DNA of 64,000 bases from the human T2T-CHM13v2.0 reference genome, Homo sapiens: the NCBI RefSeq assembly GCF_009914755.1, contig NC_060930.1; one strand, written 5' to 3'. Position numbers and translations under genes: made by a program. Shown in pieces: positions 39,115 through 53,023 of the stretch. The notes below the pieces were generated by a model, which saw nothing but the letters and a program-made list of their open reading frames with translations, was not told the DNA's origin and ran no database searches. Position 1 is the stretch's first letter. Each line of letters starts with the position of its first letter.

Positions 39115-41862
39115 GCGCCAAGAAGAAAGTTCATAGCATTAAATGCCTACATCAAAAAGTCTGGGAGAGCACAAATAGACAATCTAAGGTCTCACAACAA
39201 GGAACTAATGAATCAAGAACAAACCAAACCCGAACTCAACAGAAGAAAAGAAATAACAAAGATCAGAGCAGAACTAAGTGAAAGTGAAACAAAAATAATG
39301 CAAAATATAAGTGAAACAAGAAGCTGGTTCTTCGAAAAGATAAATAAAATTGATAGACCATTTGCAAGATTAGCCAAGAAAAGAAGAGAGAAGATCCAAG
39401 TAAGCTCAATTAGAAATGAAATGTGAGATATTACAAACAATATCAAAAAAATACAAAAGATCACTCAAGGCTACTACGAATACATTTATATGCATAAGCT
39501 AAAAAACTTAGAGGAAATGAATAAATTCCTGGAAATATGCAACTCTCCTAGATTAAACCAGGAAGAAATAGAAACTCTGAACAAACCAATAACAAGCAGC
39601 AAGATGGAAATGGTAATAAAAGAATTGCCAAACAACAACAAAAAAGGAGCAGACAGGAACAGACAGATTCAGGGCCAAATTCTGTCAGGTATTCAAAGAA
39701 GAATTGTACCAATCCTATTGACACTATTCCACAAAATAGAAAAAGAGAAAATCCTCCCTAATTCACTCCATGAAGCCAGTATCACTCTAATACCAAAACC
39801 AGGAAAGGACATAACAAAAAAGAAAACTACAGACCAATATCCTGGATTATTATAGATGCAAAAATCCTTAACAAAATACTAGCTAACCTAATTCAACAAC
39901 ATATCAAAAAGATAATCAAGCGTGATCAAGTGGGTTTCATGCCAGGATGCAGAAATGGTTTAACATGTGCAAGTAAATAATTGTGATACACCACATGAAC
40001 AGAATTGAAAACAAAAATCACATGATTATCTCAACAAGTGCAGAAAAAGCATTTGATAAAACCAGCATCTTTTTATGACTAAAATCCTTATCAAAATTGG
40101 CATAGAAGGGACATACCTCAATACAATAAAAGCCATCTGTGAAAAACAAACAGCCAACATTATAGTGAATGGGGAGAAGCTGAAAACATTCCCTCTGAGA
40201 ACTGGAACAAGACAAGGATGCCCACTCTCATCCCTTCTATTCAACATAGTACAGGAAGTCCTAGCCAGAGCAATCAGACAAGAGAAGGAAATAAGGAGCA
40301 TCCAAATTGGTAAAGAGAAAGTCAAACTGTTGCTATTTTCCGTATATTATTGTATACCTAGAAAACCCTAAAGACTCCTCCCAGAAGCTTAGATCTGATA
40401 CATGAATTCAGTAGTTTCAGGATACAAAATCAATGTATACAAATCAGTAGCTCTGCTATACACCAACAGCGACCAAGCTGAGAATCAAATCAAGAACTCA
40501 ACCCCTTTTAAAATAACTACAAAAACTTATAAATATACCTAAACAAGGGGGTAAAAGACCTCTACAAGGAAAACTACAAAACATTGCTGAAAGAAATCAG
40601 ATGACACAAACAAAAGGAACCACATTTCATGCTCATGGATGGGTAGAGCCAATACTGTGAACATGACCATACTGCCAAAAGCAATCTACAAATTCAATGC
40701 AATTGCCCTCAAAATGCCACCATTATTCTTCACAGAACTAGAAAAAGCAATGCTAAAATTCATATGGAACCCAAAATGAGCCCACATAACCAAAGCAAGA
40801 CTAAGCAAAAAGAACGAATCTGAAAACATCATATTACCCAAATTCAAACTATACTATAAGGCCATAGTCACAAAAACAGCACAATACTGTTATAAAAATA
40901 GGCATATAGATCAACGGAATGGAAGAGAGAACCCAGAAATAAAGCCATATACTTACAGCCAACTGATTTTCAACAAAGCAAATGAAAACTTAAAGTGAGG
41001 AAAAGACCCTGTTCAACAAATGGTGCTGGAATAATTAGCAATCCACACGTAGAAGAATGAAACTAGATCTGCATCTCTCACCTTATACAAAAATCAATTC
41101 AAGGTGGATCAAAGACCTAAATCTAAAGGCCTGAAACCAAAAAAAGTTTAGAAGATAACATTGGAAAAACCCTTCCAGACATTGACTTAGGCGAAAACTT
41201 CATGATCAAAAGCCCAAAAGCAAGTGCAACCAAAATGAAGCTAGATAGATGGAACTTAATTAAACTAGCTTCTGCATAGCAGAAGAAACAATCAGCAGAG
41301 TAAACAGAAAACCCAAAGAGTGGGAAAAAGTCTTTGCAATCTGTGCATCTGACAAAGGACTAATATCCAGAGTCTATAAGGACCTCAAGCAAGAAAAAAT
41401 ACAAACAAACCCATCAGAGCATGAATAGACAATTCTAAAAAGAAGACATACAAATGGCCAACAAATATATGAAAAAATGTTCAACGTCACTAATTATCAG
41501 AGAAATGCAAATCAAAACCACAATGCAATATCACCTTACTCCTGCGAGAATGGCCATGATCAAAAAATAAATAAATAATAGATGTTCACAGGGATGTGGT
41601 GAAAAGGGAACACTTTTACACTACTGGTGGTAATGTAAACTAGTTCAACCACTATGGGAAACAGTGTGGAGATTCCTTAAAGAACTAAAAGTAGAACTAC
41701 CATTTGCTCCAGCAATCCCACTACTGTGTATCTACCCAGAGGAAACAAACTCATTGTACAAAAAAGACACTTGCACATGCATGTTTATAGAAGCACAATT
41801 TGCAATTGCAAAAATAGGAAAACAGCCTAAATGCCCATCAAAGAGTGTACAAAGAAATTCTG

Positions 41863-41937
41863 ATATATATATATATATATATATATACACCATGAAATAC
41901 TACTACATATATATATACACACACCATGAAACACTAC

Positions 41938-41975
<38 letters not shown>
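41863..41975. repeat. (TA)n microsatellite with triplicated accatg(a/c)aa unit inside L1
   Basis: Direct inspection. Confidence 0.9.
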
Positions 41976-42565
41976 CCATGCAAAACTACTCAGCCATAAA
42001 AAGGAATGAAATAATAACATTCACAGCAACCTTGAAGGAATCGAAGTTCATTATTTTAAGTGAAGTCACTCAGGAATGGAAAAACCAAACATTGCTTGTT
42101 CTCACTCATAAGTGGAAGCTAAGCTCTGAGGATGCAAAGGCATAAGAATAATACAATGGACTTTAGAGACTTGTGGGAAAGGGTGGGAGGGACAAGGGAT
42201 AAAAGACTACACATTGGGTATAGTGTACAGTGTTCGAGTGATGGGTGCACCAAAATCTCAGAAATCATCACTGAATAACTTATTCATGTAACCAAACACC
42301 ATCTGTTCCCCCAAAACCTTTTGAAATTAAAAAAAAAGTGAAAAAATATATAAGTTTCAAAAAGGCTGTATTATAATGTCACAAACATGACATCTGGCCC
42401 ATGGTGATGGTGAATTCAAATACTGAATACTTAGACTGTGGTTCCTTTAAAGGGACACAACTGAGTAGCTGTGCAAAGGGCTAAAATACAGAAATTTTAC
42501 AATATGAAGTCTGAATGTATTTTAAAATATAAACCTGAAACACTTTTAGGAACAAGAATACTCAC

Positions 42566-42770
42566 CCATATTTCTCAGGTGGGCAGAGACCATTTATTTG
42601 CTGTTTTGTTGTGCCTACATTTGTCACCCTAAATGGCATGCTCTCCATGTCTCTTTATATCTGTCATTATCCCAGCTGTTTATTTGCTGCATTATATTGG
42701 TGTTGCAATATAAAAATCTAATGGTCACTCTTTTAGAATTTGGGATTATTGTGACAACAAATGTCACAAA
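42566..42770 (-). pseudogene. Candidate exon, up to 205 nt (acceptor uncertain)
   Basis: Strong donor ATGG | gtgagt; 48 open codons FVTFVV...RACHLG, then 3 stops. Confidence 0.4.
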
Positions 42771-42869
42771 CTATTGTGATTAATGTCCTCCAGAAAAGAT
42801 GATAAACTAAAATGGGAGCTAGATGCCCGCCTGAACTCAACTTTGATGGATTAGAGGAATTAATATAAC

Positions 42870-43233
42870 CCTGTGTTAAGCCCCTAGAGGCACAGAAGGT
42901 GTTTGGCAACAGGGTGAGTGGGTGGCAGAATGGCAATGCAAGCTTAAAGCTGCAGGAGAACCCTCTGGTGGTGACTTTTCTCTCTTCACTTTGTTCTGGG
43001 TAGACCTTTGCCCACTCTCGCTGCTACTGGAGTGGAGGGCAGGCAGCCAGTAAGAGTTGGCAAGGCCATATTGGGCCAATCAGCTGCCCAGCTGTGCTGG
43101 GAAGCAGGTACCACAGTGCTGACAGATGGTCAGTTGCCTTTGAACATTACTCCTCCCCATAGGCTCACCCTCCACACAGAATGTTTTAAGGAGGACTTCC
43201 TTCCTGTAGCCTGATCATAGATTGGTTTGCCAC
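42870..43233 (-). mobile_element. Old ERVL-type LTR fragment (family uncertain)
   Basis: GC-richer block with TG...CA-like termini. Confidence 0.4.
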
Positions 43234-43657
43234 ACCAATTTCTAATCTCATTTCCCCCTCCCCATTTTCTCTTTCACTTTCTGGTTTATATTATTAATCA
43301 GGTTATAATTATACCCAAGAAACAATTGTACTAACTTATGTTTCATTTGTCAGAGTTTTATCTTATATTTGGAACTTAGATATTTGACAATTGGAGGTAA
43401 ATTCTGTCCTGCTGAGTCCTGCTCACTGTTCTAGTGGTAGAATATAAATTTATTATCATACAAAAGGAAGGGGATCTCACCAATAGGACATTACCAGCCT
43501 AAAGGAAACCACTTATCTGGCATGAGAAATCCATCTTTATGAAAATCACTGAACCATATCATATGACATGAAATTGTGGTTTAGATCATCCTGTCCTAAA
43601 TCTATATTACTAGATTTGACTAAAATTTTCTGCAAACAAAATCAAAATAATATTCAC

Positions 43658-43679
43658 CTGAATTTGGATATTTTGATAA
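43658..43679 (-). pseudogene. Candidate microexon, 22 nt
   Basis: cattctttccag | TTATC...TTCAG | gtgaat. Confidence 0.45.
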
Positions 43680-43789
43680 CTGGAAAGAATGATACATTAG
43701 CCAATTTTCACGTTAGCAAAAAGTTGTTCATACAACACAGTATTTAAACCCTCTGTGTGAGAAGGCAAGCAGCAAACACTGAAGTCCTG

Positions 43790-46090
43790 TTATGGGAAAG
43801 GCACTCTGAGAGGCAGTATTAGAGAAAAAATTGAAAACGGAGAATTGAAAACAAATCACAGAAAGTCATTTCCAACCTAACAACCAGAAAGAAACTGAAT
43901 AACATAAAGACTCATAAATTTTCTTGAGACCATAAGAGAGTTGAAGTCATGAAACTGAGAAAACTGAATCCCAAGGAGTAACGGGCATCTCCAAGAAAAT
44001 ATGAGGCACACAGCTGTTTTGTTTTAGTCAGAGCACCAGACAGGAGAAAGAGATGCCTTCATACAAGCAGGTAAAAATAAATCAACTAAAATATTAACAG
44101 ATTTTAAAGGCCAAGTGGGAGCTAATATGTTAATTGGAAAATACTGAAGGATGCAGACCAAAAGAGTAGCACACTTTTAAAAACTCTTTTCTATAGTCCC
44201 ATCATCAAGGGGATCACAGGAAAGATATAAGGCAGGGTAGGAGATCATACAGTAGCTCTCAGTGACAAGGACATGAGAGATGTAAATGAATGCTCCTGGG
44301 CCAGTTCCCATCCTCCCATAAGAAGAGAAACCCTTAAACTACTGAAGGAGAGGCCTCAATCTCTCTATATCCCAGGCAAGAGAGAGAATTAGACACAAAA
44401 ACCATTACTCACTGGAGGAGAGGTAGGAAATCCTCCCACACTAGGTCACAGGCAAAAAATCCATTGTTGTTGGTGAAGTGTAGAAGCAATAATAGGTAAA
44501 AGGGACAGGAAATGTTCTTGGGATAGAATCTCATGTCAACAACAAGTAGAGGTCTTTTGCCACGGGGAGAAGGGAAAGAAACTACGTTTCAACAGAGATC
44601 AAACAGAGGTAAGCCACATAGTTGTTTCAACCAGCTGTACCCACGACTGGAGTCACACCAAAAGCAGCAGCAGGAGAGTCCCTGCAAGGGACTGCCCCAA
44701 ACTGTCCCCAGATAGGGCTGGTTGGGATTCCAAAGAAAGAAGCACTAGATGCCAAGATGATCAATCCAAAGCATTTATTAGAGAAACTTGCATAGAGAGT
44801 GCTGCTGTGGTCCTATAGACAGATAGCAAGAAAATAAATGTTCTACCAAGGTATATACACAACAAGGGGGTTGGGTTACGGATTTATATGAGGGTTTAAG
44901 AAACTTGGCTCAGGGCCAGTGCTAGGTTTTACATGTTTAGCAACAGGGCTAAATTCTCAGTGTTTCGAGCAACAATTTGAACAAGTTTATCAGTGCCTGG
45001 GGATGTTCAAAATCCTGGTTTAGGTTCATGCTTACAGGGAAAAGCATGCATCTGGTTAAATTATGGGGTCGTCAAGGTACTCCATCTTTCTTGGTGAGGA
45101 CAAAGAAATAAAATGGGGGGCTGTGTGTGGTGGCTCATGCCTGAAATCCCAGCACTTTGGTAGGCCAAGGAGGGTGGATATCTTGAGTCCAAGAGTTTGA
45201 AACTAGCCTAGGCAACATGCCAAAACCCTGCCTCTACAAAAAATACAAGACTTAATTGGGACTGGTGCATGTGCCTGTAATCCCAGCTACTTGGGGGGCT
45301 GAGGCAGGAGGATCACTTGAGCCTGGGAAGTTGAGGCTTCAGTGAGCCAAGATTGTACTGCCACTGGATTCCAGCCTGGGTGGCAGAGCGAGACCCTGTC
45401 TTAAAAAAAAATTTTTTTTGAGGGAACTAGGGGACTCTACAAGAGTCTAGTTACCATGAATCAGTGCGGCAGGAGTTCTGAGAAAGTCTTACCCACAAAA
45501 CATAATTCAGAGGGCCTAAGAGTGAACCAAGACTGGGACAACAGATTACACCTCCTTATCCTTTAATGGGCCTAGTACTGAGTAAAGAGCTGAAGCAGTA
45601 GACTGCTGAGAGAGGGGCAAACTAGGAAAAAAATAGACAGGGACAGTTGAAAGCAGAAGGAAGATGAGGAACACTGACAAAATCCTCTACCTCCCAGCTT
45701 GAATTCAAAGCACAACAAAATGGCAGCCAGTTGGTGGAATTTTAACCTGTGTGGCACTAAAAATGATGGTAATGACAAAACACCAATGACGCCCAACTTC
45801 CAATTGGGTTGATTTAAGCCCCACAATGGCAGCCTAACAGAAAAGAAGGCATGTTCACTTCCAAGTGTGAATACCATTTACTTCAACCTCTACTATCCTT
45901 CAACACTTAACAGGTATCACATAAAAAATCATGAGACACAAAACAAATAAAAATATTGGGAAAATCAGACCCAGAAATAGTCCAGAAGTTGGAACTATCA
46001 GATAGGGACTTCAGCATACTGTGACTAATATGTTAAAATATCTAGTGGAAAACGTGGACTATACGCATGAACAGATTGAAAATTTCAGCA
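43790..46090 (+). mobile_element. Ancient L1M 5' region with nested LTR (about 44702-45441) and Alu
   Basis: Ends in ORF1-start-like gaagttggaactatcagatagggact...gaaaatttcagca; boundaries approximate. Confidence 0.6.
45119..45411 (+). mobile_element. AluJ-type SINE
   Basis: Full dimer with AluJ-like ggatcacttgagcctgggaagttgaggct. Confidence 0.92.
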
Positions 46091-46175
46091 GTTTGTTTTT
46101 TATTAACTAATCCTTTTCAGTAATCCTACAATTTACTAAATGTGTAACAAAGCATTTTTCTCTTAGTATTTCTAC

Positions 46176-46241
46176 CTGCATTCTAAATTCATAATCTCAT
46201 CTTTCAAAAAATTTCATTGTCAAATCAAGTTCACCAAAATG
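46176..46241 (-). pseudogene. Candidate exon, 66 nt
   Basis: tttttaaaatag | CATT...TGCAG | gtagaa; reads ILVNLI*Q*NFLKDEIMNLEC. Confidence 0.45.
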
Positions 46242-46392
46242 CTATTTTAAAAACATTTTATTTTATCTACTTGCTCTTTTTTGCATCAAAGTTACTATTG
46301 ATTTAAACTTCATATTGGTTTAAAAGCACTTCCTAGGATTATCACCTTCTCTGCTTTTCACAATAGGTAAACCTAATTGATGCAGTATTAAC

Positions 46393-46472
46393 CTTTCTCT
46401 GCTTTCCACTGAAGAATACACCTTCTCTTTCACTCTTGTCTTTCTCCTTTCTTTCTATCTAAGGAACTTATT
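46393..46472 (-). pseudogene. Candidate exon, 80 nt
   Basis: ttcttagttctgttgcag | AATAAG...GAAAG | gttaat; purine-rich, charged-residue coding. Confidence 0.45.
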
Positions 46473-46599
46473 CTGCAACAGAACTAAGAAATTTGAACTT
46501 TAGAAGTAGTTAAAGTTATATATTATCCATCTATACCACTTCTAATCTAAGGAGTTTTTATATTAAATTGTAATTTTAGTTGCTACTTAAGAATTTGGA

Positions 46600-46785
46600 T
46601 ATACTTCATTGATAAATAAAAATATTTATAAATAATAGAAAAAATTATATTGTTTTGTATATTAGATTTATATGTTATAGTATATAAATAATAAATATAA
46701 TTAATAAATATTTATTATTTATAATTTACTATTTATATTTAATATTAATATTTAATATTTATAATTATATTTATTATTTATAAAT
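46600..46785. repeat. AT-rich low-complexity sequence
   Basis: Direct inspection. Confidence 0.85.
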
Positions 46786-47769
46786 CATGTTCATAATACA
46801 TTGTCTATTAATTGCTTATTTTTTAAACATTGAAAAAGTGGTGAGTGGAGAAAGCAGACAACTACATGAAGTATTTGAAAGGCATCTGCTGGTCTCTGAT
46901 TGTGGACATTTTAGGTCAATCATCAAGCTAATTTGGCAATCAATAAAAGTTAAAGCAAAAATGGATAGTTTTCAGAGAGCTAATGTACCAAATCTAAGTA
47001 CATTGTCAACCATATATAGTGAATAAGTTTAATCAATAGCACATAAGGAGAGGTGAATAAATGAGAAGGTTGTAGGAAACGGAGAAAGAGAAATTAATGG
47101 CAAAACATTGATAAAGACTTTTGACATGGCTGTGTGACTTTGGATAAATTTAACCTTTCTGAAGGTCAATGTTTCCAATTTTTAAATAGAGGTATTTAAA
47201 TAGTAATTTATGAGGATATTTTACAGTGTTGTAAGTTTTTCATTGTGGTTTACAGCTGGATCTATAGTAATAGTTAATGGTTAATAGTTAAATTCCCAAC
47301 ATTATGTTATTATGTACAGCAGGCAAAGAACAATTAGAAAACTCATAATCGTTTCTGTTTGTGCTTTAGTCCCCAACATTCAAAGTTAATCTTTTTGAAT
47401 CACTGTTATATTATGATCAAAGTAATTTCCATACAAAAATATTGTCACATTTATATAAAGTCTAAAATTATACATATTTTAAAAGAAATAGATTAGTTTA
47501 AAAGCAATAAAACCATTTCCTTTATGTACTAGATGAATTGAAGATAATTAATTAGTTCACTAATTCATTTTAATCAGACATTTACCTACACTAAAGGAGT
47601 ATAATTTTAAAGAGAGTCTTGCGTATCAAGATGAGGGTCAATGCTGAAAGACTTCTAATTCTGTAAAATTCTATCTGGTGAAACTCTACCCCAGTACTCA
47701 ATGGCTGCTGCTCTAATATTATACCAAAGTAGCCCATCGCAGTTTCAGGTGTGACTGTGAAACAAGAGT

Positions 47770-47774
<5 letters not shown>

Positions 47775-47805
<31 letters not shown>
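47775..47805 (+). repeat. Poly(A)31 run
   Basis: Direct inspection. Confidence 0.95.
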
Positions 47806-47807
<2 letters not shown>

Positions 47808-48175
47808 GTTTATAAGCCATGATGTTACTATGATTAAAAGCAGTATTTTAACTTTTGAGTGACTGAAAGTATTACAATGTAAATGAAAAGATAATGTTTC
47901 ATAGCCACATATTACAATATTTAAAAATTAGTTATTATACTCTAGTGCCAATGATTATGGAGTTAATATATGATGTCTCAAATCAATTTTACATGTTGCT
48001 TCTAAGGAAGAACATGGTGTTTCTAAGAAAAGGTTTTTTGTGTTTTTTTTTTTTTTAAATACCTAAAGCATGAAAACTAGAAATGCAGTTGCAACTGAGT
48101 TAACTTGGAAAAATGTTGTCCTAAATATGTGCCATGATTAGCTAGGCATTTGAAATGGGCTTTTACAGATATTAC

Positions 48176-48186
48176 CTGTTTTCTTC
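48176..48186 (-). pseudogene. Candidate microexon, 11 nt
   Basis: ctaatacttattag | GAAGAAAACAG | gtaata. Confidence 0.4.
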
Positions 48187-49019
48187 CTAATAAGTATTAG
48201 TACCAACTCTAGTTCATGAAAGAGAAAAACCAAGTTTGGATCATTTACAGAACTTGGCGACATTACTCAGCTATAAATAATAAAAATGAGATTTAAACCT
48301 GCAGGATTTAATGTGCAAGTCCAATGGACCACACTGTCTTTCAGTCATCAAGCTGCTTTGGGACTCAGGTATTGCAGAAGCAAAAGTTCCTGTTGTATAT
48401 TTCTTATTGAATTATCTCACTCCCACCAACCAGGAAATTTTATTTCATTGGGAACCCTAGTGGCTCCCTTTATCATTCAACTTCAGGGGCTACTGAAAAG
48501 TCCTGAATCACCCATATTCTCCTCCACTTGAAATTTTTAGTTTAATCTCTTCTTACAATTAAACTTTGTTTGTTGTTTAAAATATAAACCTCAGTTAGGG
48601 ACTTTCATCTGGAGTTCCACTGTGTATTTATTTCATGGTAAGATTGACAGAACCTTCAAAGATAGGGTATGATATGGGATTGTAGATGAAAGAATCAGGC
48701 TGAGAGAGCAGGAAAGTAGGAACTTCTAAAAATTAAGGCAAGGTATAGAGCAGGAATGTTTAGGTTTCTGAATATAAATAATATACACTAGAAAATCTTA
48801 CTAATAATTCTATTTTAATTTGACTCCTAGGTTAGAAAACAGAGTGCAAAACTGAGGATTTCACTGTTATAACATTTCAAAAATTCAATTTTCTCCACAG
48901 GAGCTAGTTTTTAAATGCAGGCTCCAAAGATTCAATCTGTCTGGGAGTGGTGAGTAGCCAGAAATCTGATTTATTTATTAAACTCATACTATAGTGCAAT
49001 ATGCTTTAGCAAAAATATC

Positions 49020-49490
49020 ACAGGTAATCTTCATATTGGCTTGTAAGTTAAGTGATTCATTGACCTTATTTTACAGGCAAGGAAACTGTAGCTGAGATAA
49101 ATGACACTACTAGTCTACGGTTTCTAAGCTGGTAGGTAACAAAGCCAGGATTTGGAGACAGAGTTCATGATTCCAGAAGCCTTTTCTTCAACAACTATCC
49201 TTAGAACTTCCTGGAGTAAAGAATGGAGGTACAGGGGTGGACAACAGTGTTAATAATACAATACTGAAATTATAATGACATTAATATAATCATTATTATA
49301 GTTAAGAATTGAGGTCTTTCCATTTGTTTTTAACTGTTCTAAACCAGTTATATGTATGCAAAGTAGACATTATAATTACCACATTTTACTGATGAGGAAT
49401 ATGAGACCCAGAGGGATTAATAACTTGTCCAAAGTCAACAGCTAATAGCTGGTAGAGCCTGGATTCAAACTAGCACTGCTTGACTCAGCA
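49020..49490 (-). mobile_element. Two adjacent MIR fragments
   Basis: attttacaggcaaggaaactg and attttactgatgaggaa...taacttgtccaaagtc cores. Confidence 0.7.
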
Positions 49491-49733
49491 AGTTGTGAAA
49501 TCAAGCTTGATCTATTTAGATTCCTAATATTGTTAGCAGGTGTGCCTGAGAATTTAAGGTATGTCTGAAAGAAACATACATGAAATTATTAAACGTCCCA
49601 TTTTATAACTCACAGCGTGTGTCTATATCTAGCCTGTAAAGTACTCAAAATTATAATCACCTTAACTGTAAATTACTGAAGAAAGATTTAGGCAATATCA
49701 AAGAAACACAAAAAGTGATCCTGACAGCCTTAC

Positions 49734-49795
49734 CATCTCCATCAATGTGTTTCCCTTCTTCCTCCTCACCCATTAAGGCTGGGTTAATTTTATTT
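49734..49795 (-). pseudogene. Candidate exon, 62 nt, acceptor degenerate (AA)
   Basis: GATG | gtaagg donor; open frame NKINPALMGEEEEGKHIDGD. Confidence 0.45.
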
Positions 49796-51461
49796 TTAGA
49801 GAAGTAGAATCTTAAAGTCATGAATTCTTGTTATAACTTTGCAGATATAAGTCACTTAGGCCTATTTTAAAATGCCACATAGTTCTCATTCTGGAATTGA
49901 AACTCTCAGGGGCACACTGCAATGCTTTTTGGCAGAGGTTTTCCTAAAATTGGATTTTCTTCAAGTCCTTCCCTCCTGCTCCTCTCTTTGTGCCAGGTCA
50001 CCTCCTTCTCCTCTGTTATGTATTCAGATGACAAGGAACTGTGTTCTCTGCCAGGTCATCCCTCCCATGAATCACCCTGACATTAGGGCTTCCCTCTCTT
50101 CACTTCTCTTTACTATTTTGTTCAGTTTTGCTGTAATTTTCCAAGGGAAGTGACATTCCCATAGTATTGCTATTCACTGAACAATGTTTGTATGTGTTCT
50201 GAATAAGAAAAATCCATCTGCTAGGAAAAAAATCAGTCCAAGTTTAAAGCAAAATCTTCTTCTTTAAACTAGAACTTTTATACTTAGAAATAGAAGAAAG
50301 TTACCCAAACAGGGCTAGTCCCAGGACACATGCCAGCAAGATGCTCATCAAATCTATGTTAATGTGAGATGACATTAAACAACAATCAAATGCTTTGTAA
50401 TGAATCAGGTTTTCATCAACATTTGCTTACTGTGAAATGTAACATTTTAAAATATGTTTTACAGAAAAAAGTACACTTTAATTATTGTTGCTAAAATACA
50501 ATGACTTAAAATGCTTTATGTTGCTGTATGAGAAGTGAACTTTTAAATGTAAAATACATTCTTAATACTAAATACACAGAAATTCAAAGGATGATTCTGG
50601 CAAAGCTATTCCTATAAGTCAATATAGTCATCTGTATATCTTTCACTTGCCAGACATATAATTGCTTCAAAATGAACCAACAAGAGAAATAAGAGTTCTA
50701 AGTGAAGTGCTGACAAGTTGAATGGATTCATGTAATTAGCATTTGGTAAGATGTTTTCTGCTTGTTTTCTGAAGGTTATGCTCAGGTAAGTATGGAATAG
50801 AAATCTTGTTCATATTTGAGTGGGACTAAACAGCTATTGTTAGAGAATGGAAAGTGTATGGACTTTGGAGTTAGACAGATATACAGCAAGTTATTTAATC
50901 AATTTTAGCCTCAATTTTATCATTTGTAAAACTAGAATATTAAACTTTCCTTGAACTATTGCCCTAAGTATGAGTTATCAGATATATGAATTATCCCTTA
51001 TATTGGTTGACACATTGCAGATGGTCAGTAAGTATTATTATTAGAAGTGAAAACTTGATTGAAAAATGAGCTATAAGTAATATCTATTTTCAGCTTTTAA
51101 ACATACATGTAAACAGAGATTAAGTGGGATCAAGAGAGATTTTATCCTGTTAATTTTTACTGTGCCTCTATTGCTGTGCAAATATATGCTGCAATGGTTG
51201 GGAAGTTAAATGTTGAGTCAAACCCAGTATGATCATAAATGTTAGTTTAAAATTTTCTTTTTATTTTGTTTGGTATACTGTCCAATTAATTTTTAAAATG
51301 AATAAACACTCTTTCTATATATGGTGGTAGTTTATCTTGGCTGCTGTTGTCTTTTTATTCTCTTTTAAGTCTATGCCTTTTTGTCTTCTAGTTATGATTT
51401 TATTACTGACAAATGCATTACTAGTCTCTGCGGTGGTTCATTTATTTGCTAGTACATTTAC

Positions 51462-51683
51462 TTCCTTATCGAGAATGAGATAGTTATTATTTCCAGACTC
51501 CTGCTGACATTGTTTCTAAATCCAGGCCCACTTCCTCCTGCCATAGCATCATTTGCCAGGTGCTTTGTCTGTAGATTATTTTCATTTTTCAGCTGCTGTT
51601 TTCCACCCCATGGAGTTAAATCTATTCATACAGTTTATTTCTGCTTTTACAAAGATTTTCTGATAAAATATGCGAAATGGCTC
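51462..51683 (-). pseudogene. Candidate exon, 222 nt
   Basis: ttttttctttctgcaaatactttatgcacag acceptor, GAA | gtaaat; the phase inherited from 58693-58886 selects the frame with a 55-codon open stretch IDLTPWGGKQQLKNENNLQTKHL... Confidence 0.55.
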
Positions 51684-52681
51684 CTGTGCATAAAGTATTT
51701 GCAGAAAGAAAAAAGATGAGAAACATGGCATTAAATTAGGCCCTGATGTAAAAAGAAAAAGCCTAGTTTTTTGAAATAGCTCACACAACAAAATATCTAA
51801 TTTATCAAATTAAAAAAAAACCTAATTCTGAAGTTAAATTTGTCTTGGAAGAAAACCAAAAAACAATAATAAAAGGAGCAGAGTCAAAGTGAAATATTTT
51901 AATGTATATTTGTGATTTATAAACTAGAGAACAATTATTTTAAGAAAAGAAGTTTGACTTAGTAAATAATATGTGTTCCTCCACACAGAAGAAAATTTTC
52001 CATTGAGAAGGGCTATCAAAGCCTATCTTTTAATAGTCTATTGAACTACACAAATTCTATGTAAATTTTCTTAAGCTGTGTGTTGTGTCAGTGTTTGTGT
52101 GTGCTTGTGTGTGTTTGAAAGGATATACAGAAATGTCATTGAAGAATTTCAAGAAACTGGTAAGCAAAGAGGGGACTAGGGATTTTCTAACAGTTTTAAC
52201 TATTCTTAGAACTCAAGAAGATGAAGATGCCATCTCATGTAGCTCAAACATTTCACTTTAAGGGTGATATATGTTTAGTACAGTAATTTAGATTTACTAG
52301 GTCTTATCTAAAATATGACATAATGGCCCTTGCCTGAATGCTAATACTTTTGTAAACGTACCAAGGAAAGAAATATCTTACCCCAGGTGGAAATAAAAAT
52401 GTTTCTCAATCATTGAGAAGAGTAGTATCAGTGTTTTAGCACAGGTAGGCGGTTTTTCAACTGAAAAGACCAATTGAATGCGAGGGGTGATGGGCACCTT
52501 GGCAAAAATAAAGATTCTGTTTCAAAGGTCTGGACTAGGACCTAAGATGCCGCTAATTTGTTGACCACACTTTTAGTATCAAAACTGTATATAATCTGTG
52601 TTTCTCATTGCTGCTGGATTAAATTTCAGGGGTTTCCTATTGACTACCTTAATCTCCAAATGCCTCAACATTGTGGTAGAA

Positions 52682-53023
52682 CAGTGGTTCTCAAAATGTG
52701 GTCCCTGGACTAATAGCATCAACAGCATCTGAGAACTTGTTGGACGTGAACATTTTCAGCACCTACCACAGTCCTAGTAAATCAGAAACTCTGGGGTGCC
52801 CAGAAATTTGTGTTTTAACAAGGTCTCCAGGTGATGCTGATCCCATATGCTAAAATTTGAGGGGGAAAAAAAGCATTTCAAACGACTGGTTATCCAGCCT
52901 GCAACACATTACAACCATCTGGTAAGCTTTCTAAGAGTAACAATGGTTGGGCCTCACCCCTGTCCAGTTAAACCAATATCCCTGGGGCTATGTCTAATGT
53001 GCAGCCAGAGTTGAAAACTACAG
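52682..53023. mobile_element. MER5A plus MER5-type hAT DNA transposon fragments
   Basis: cagtggttctcaaa...atcagaaactctgggg...aacaag...ccaggtgatgctgat. Confidence 0.8.

Larger units (their letters stand above)
33910..42345 (+). mobile_element. Near full-length, inactive L1PB-type LINE-1 (5'UTR, ORF1, ORF2, 3'UTR, polyA)
   Basis: ORF2 remnants ([45 protein letters not shown]); many stops and frameshifts; nested Alu and MER52. Confidence 0.95.

Noticed and set aside
38632-39426. 264-aa ORF, longest in the window
   Set aside because: Chance read-through from GC-rich MER52 LTR into an L1 ORF2 remnant; no evidence of domestication.
39490-40371. Reverse-transcriptase-like ORF pieces
   Set aside because: Fragments of a dead L1 ORF2, not a novel retroelement system.
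51510-51719. Plus-strand hydrophobic ORF (similar ones at 21597, 42598, 62722)
   Set aside because: Antisense shadows of the minus-strand candidate exons; no plus-strand splice chain seen.
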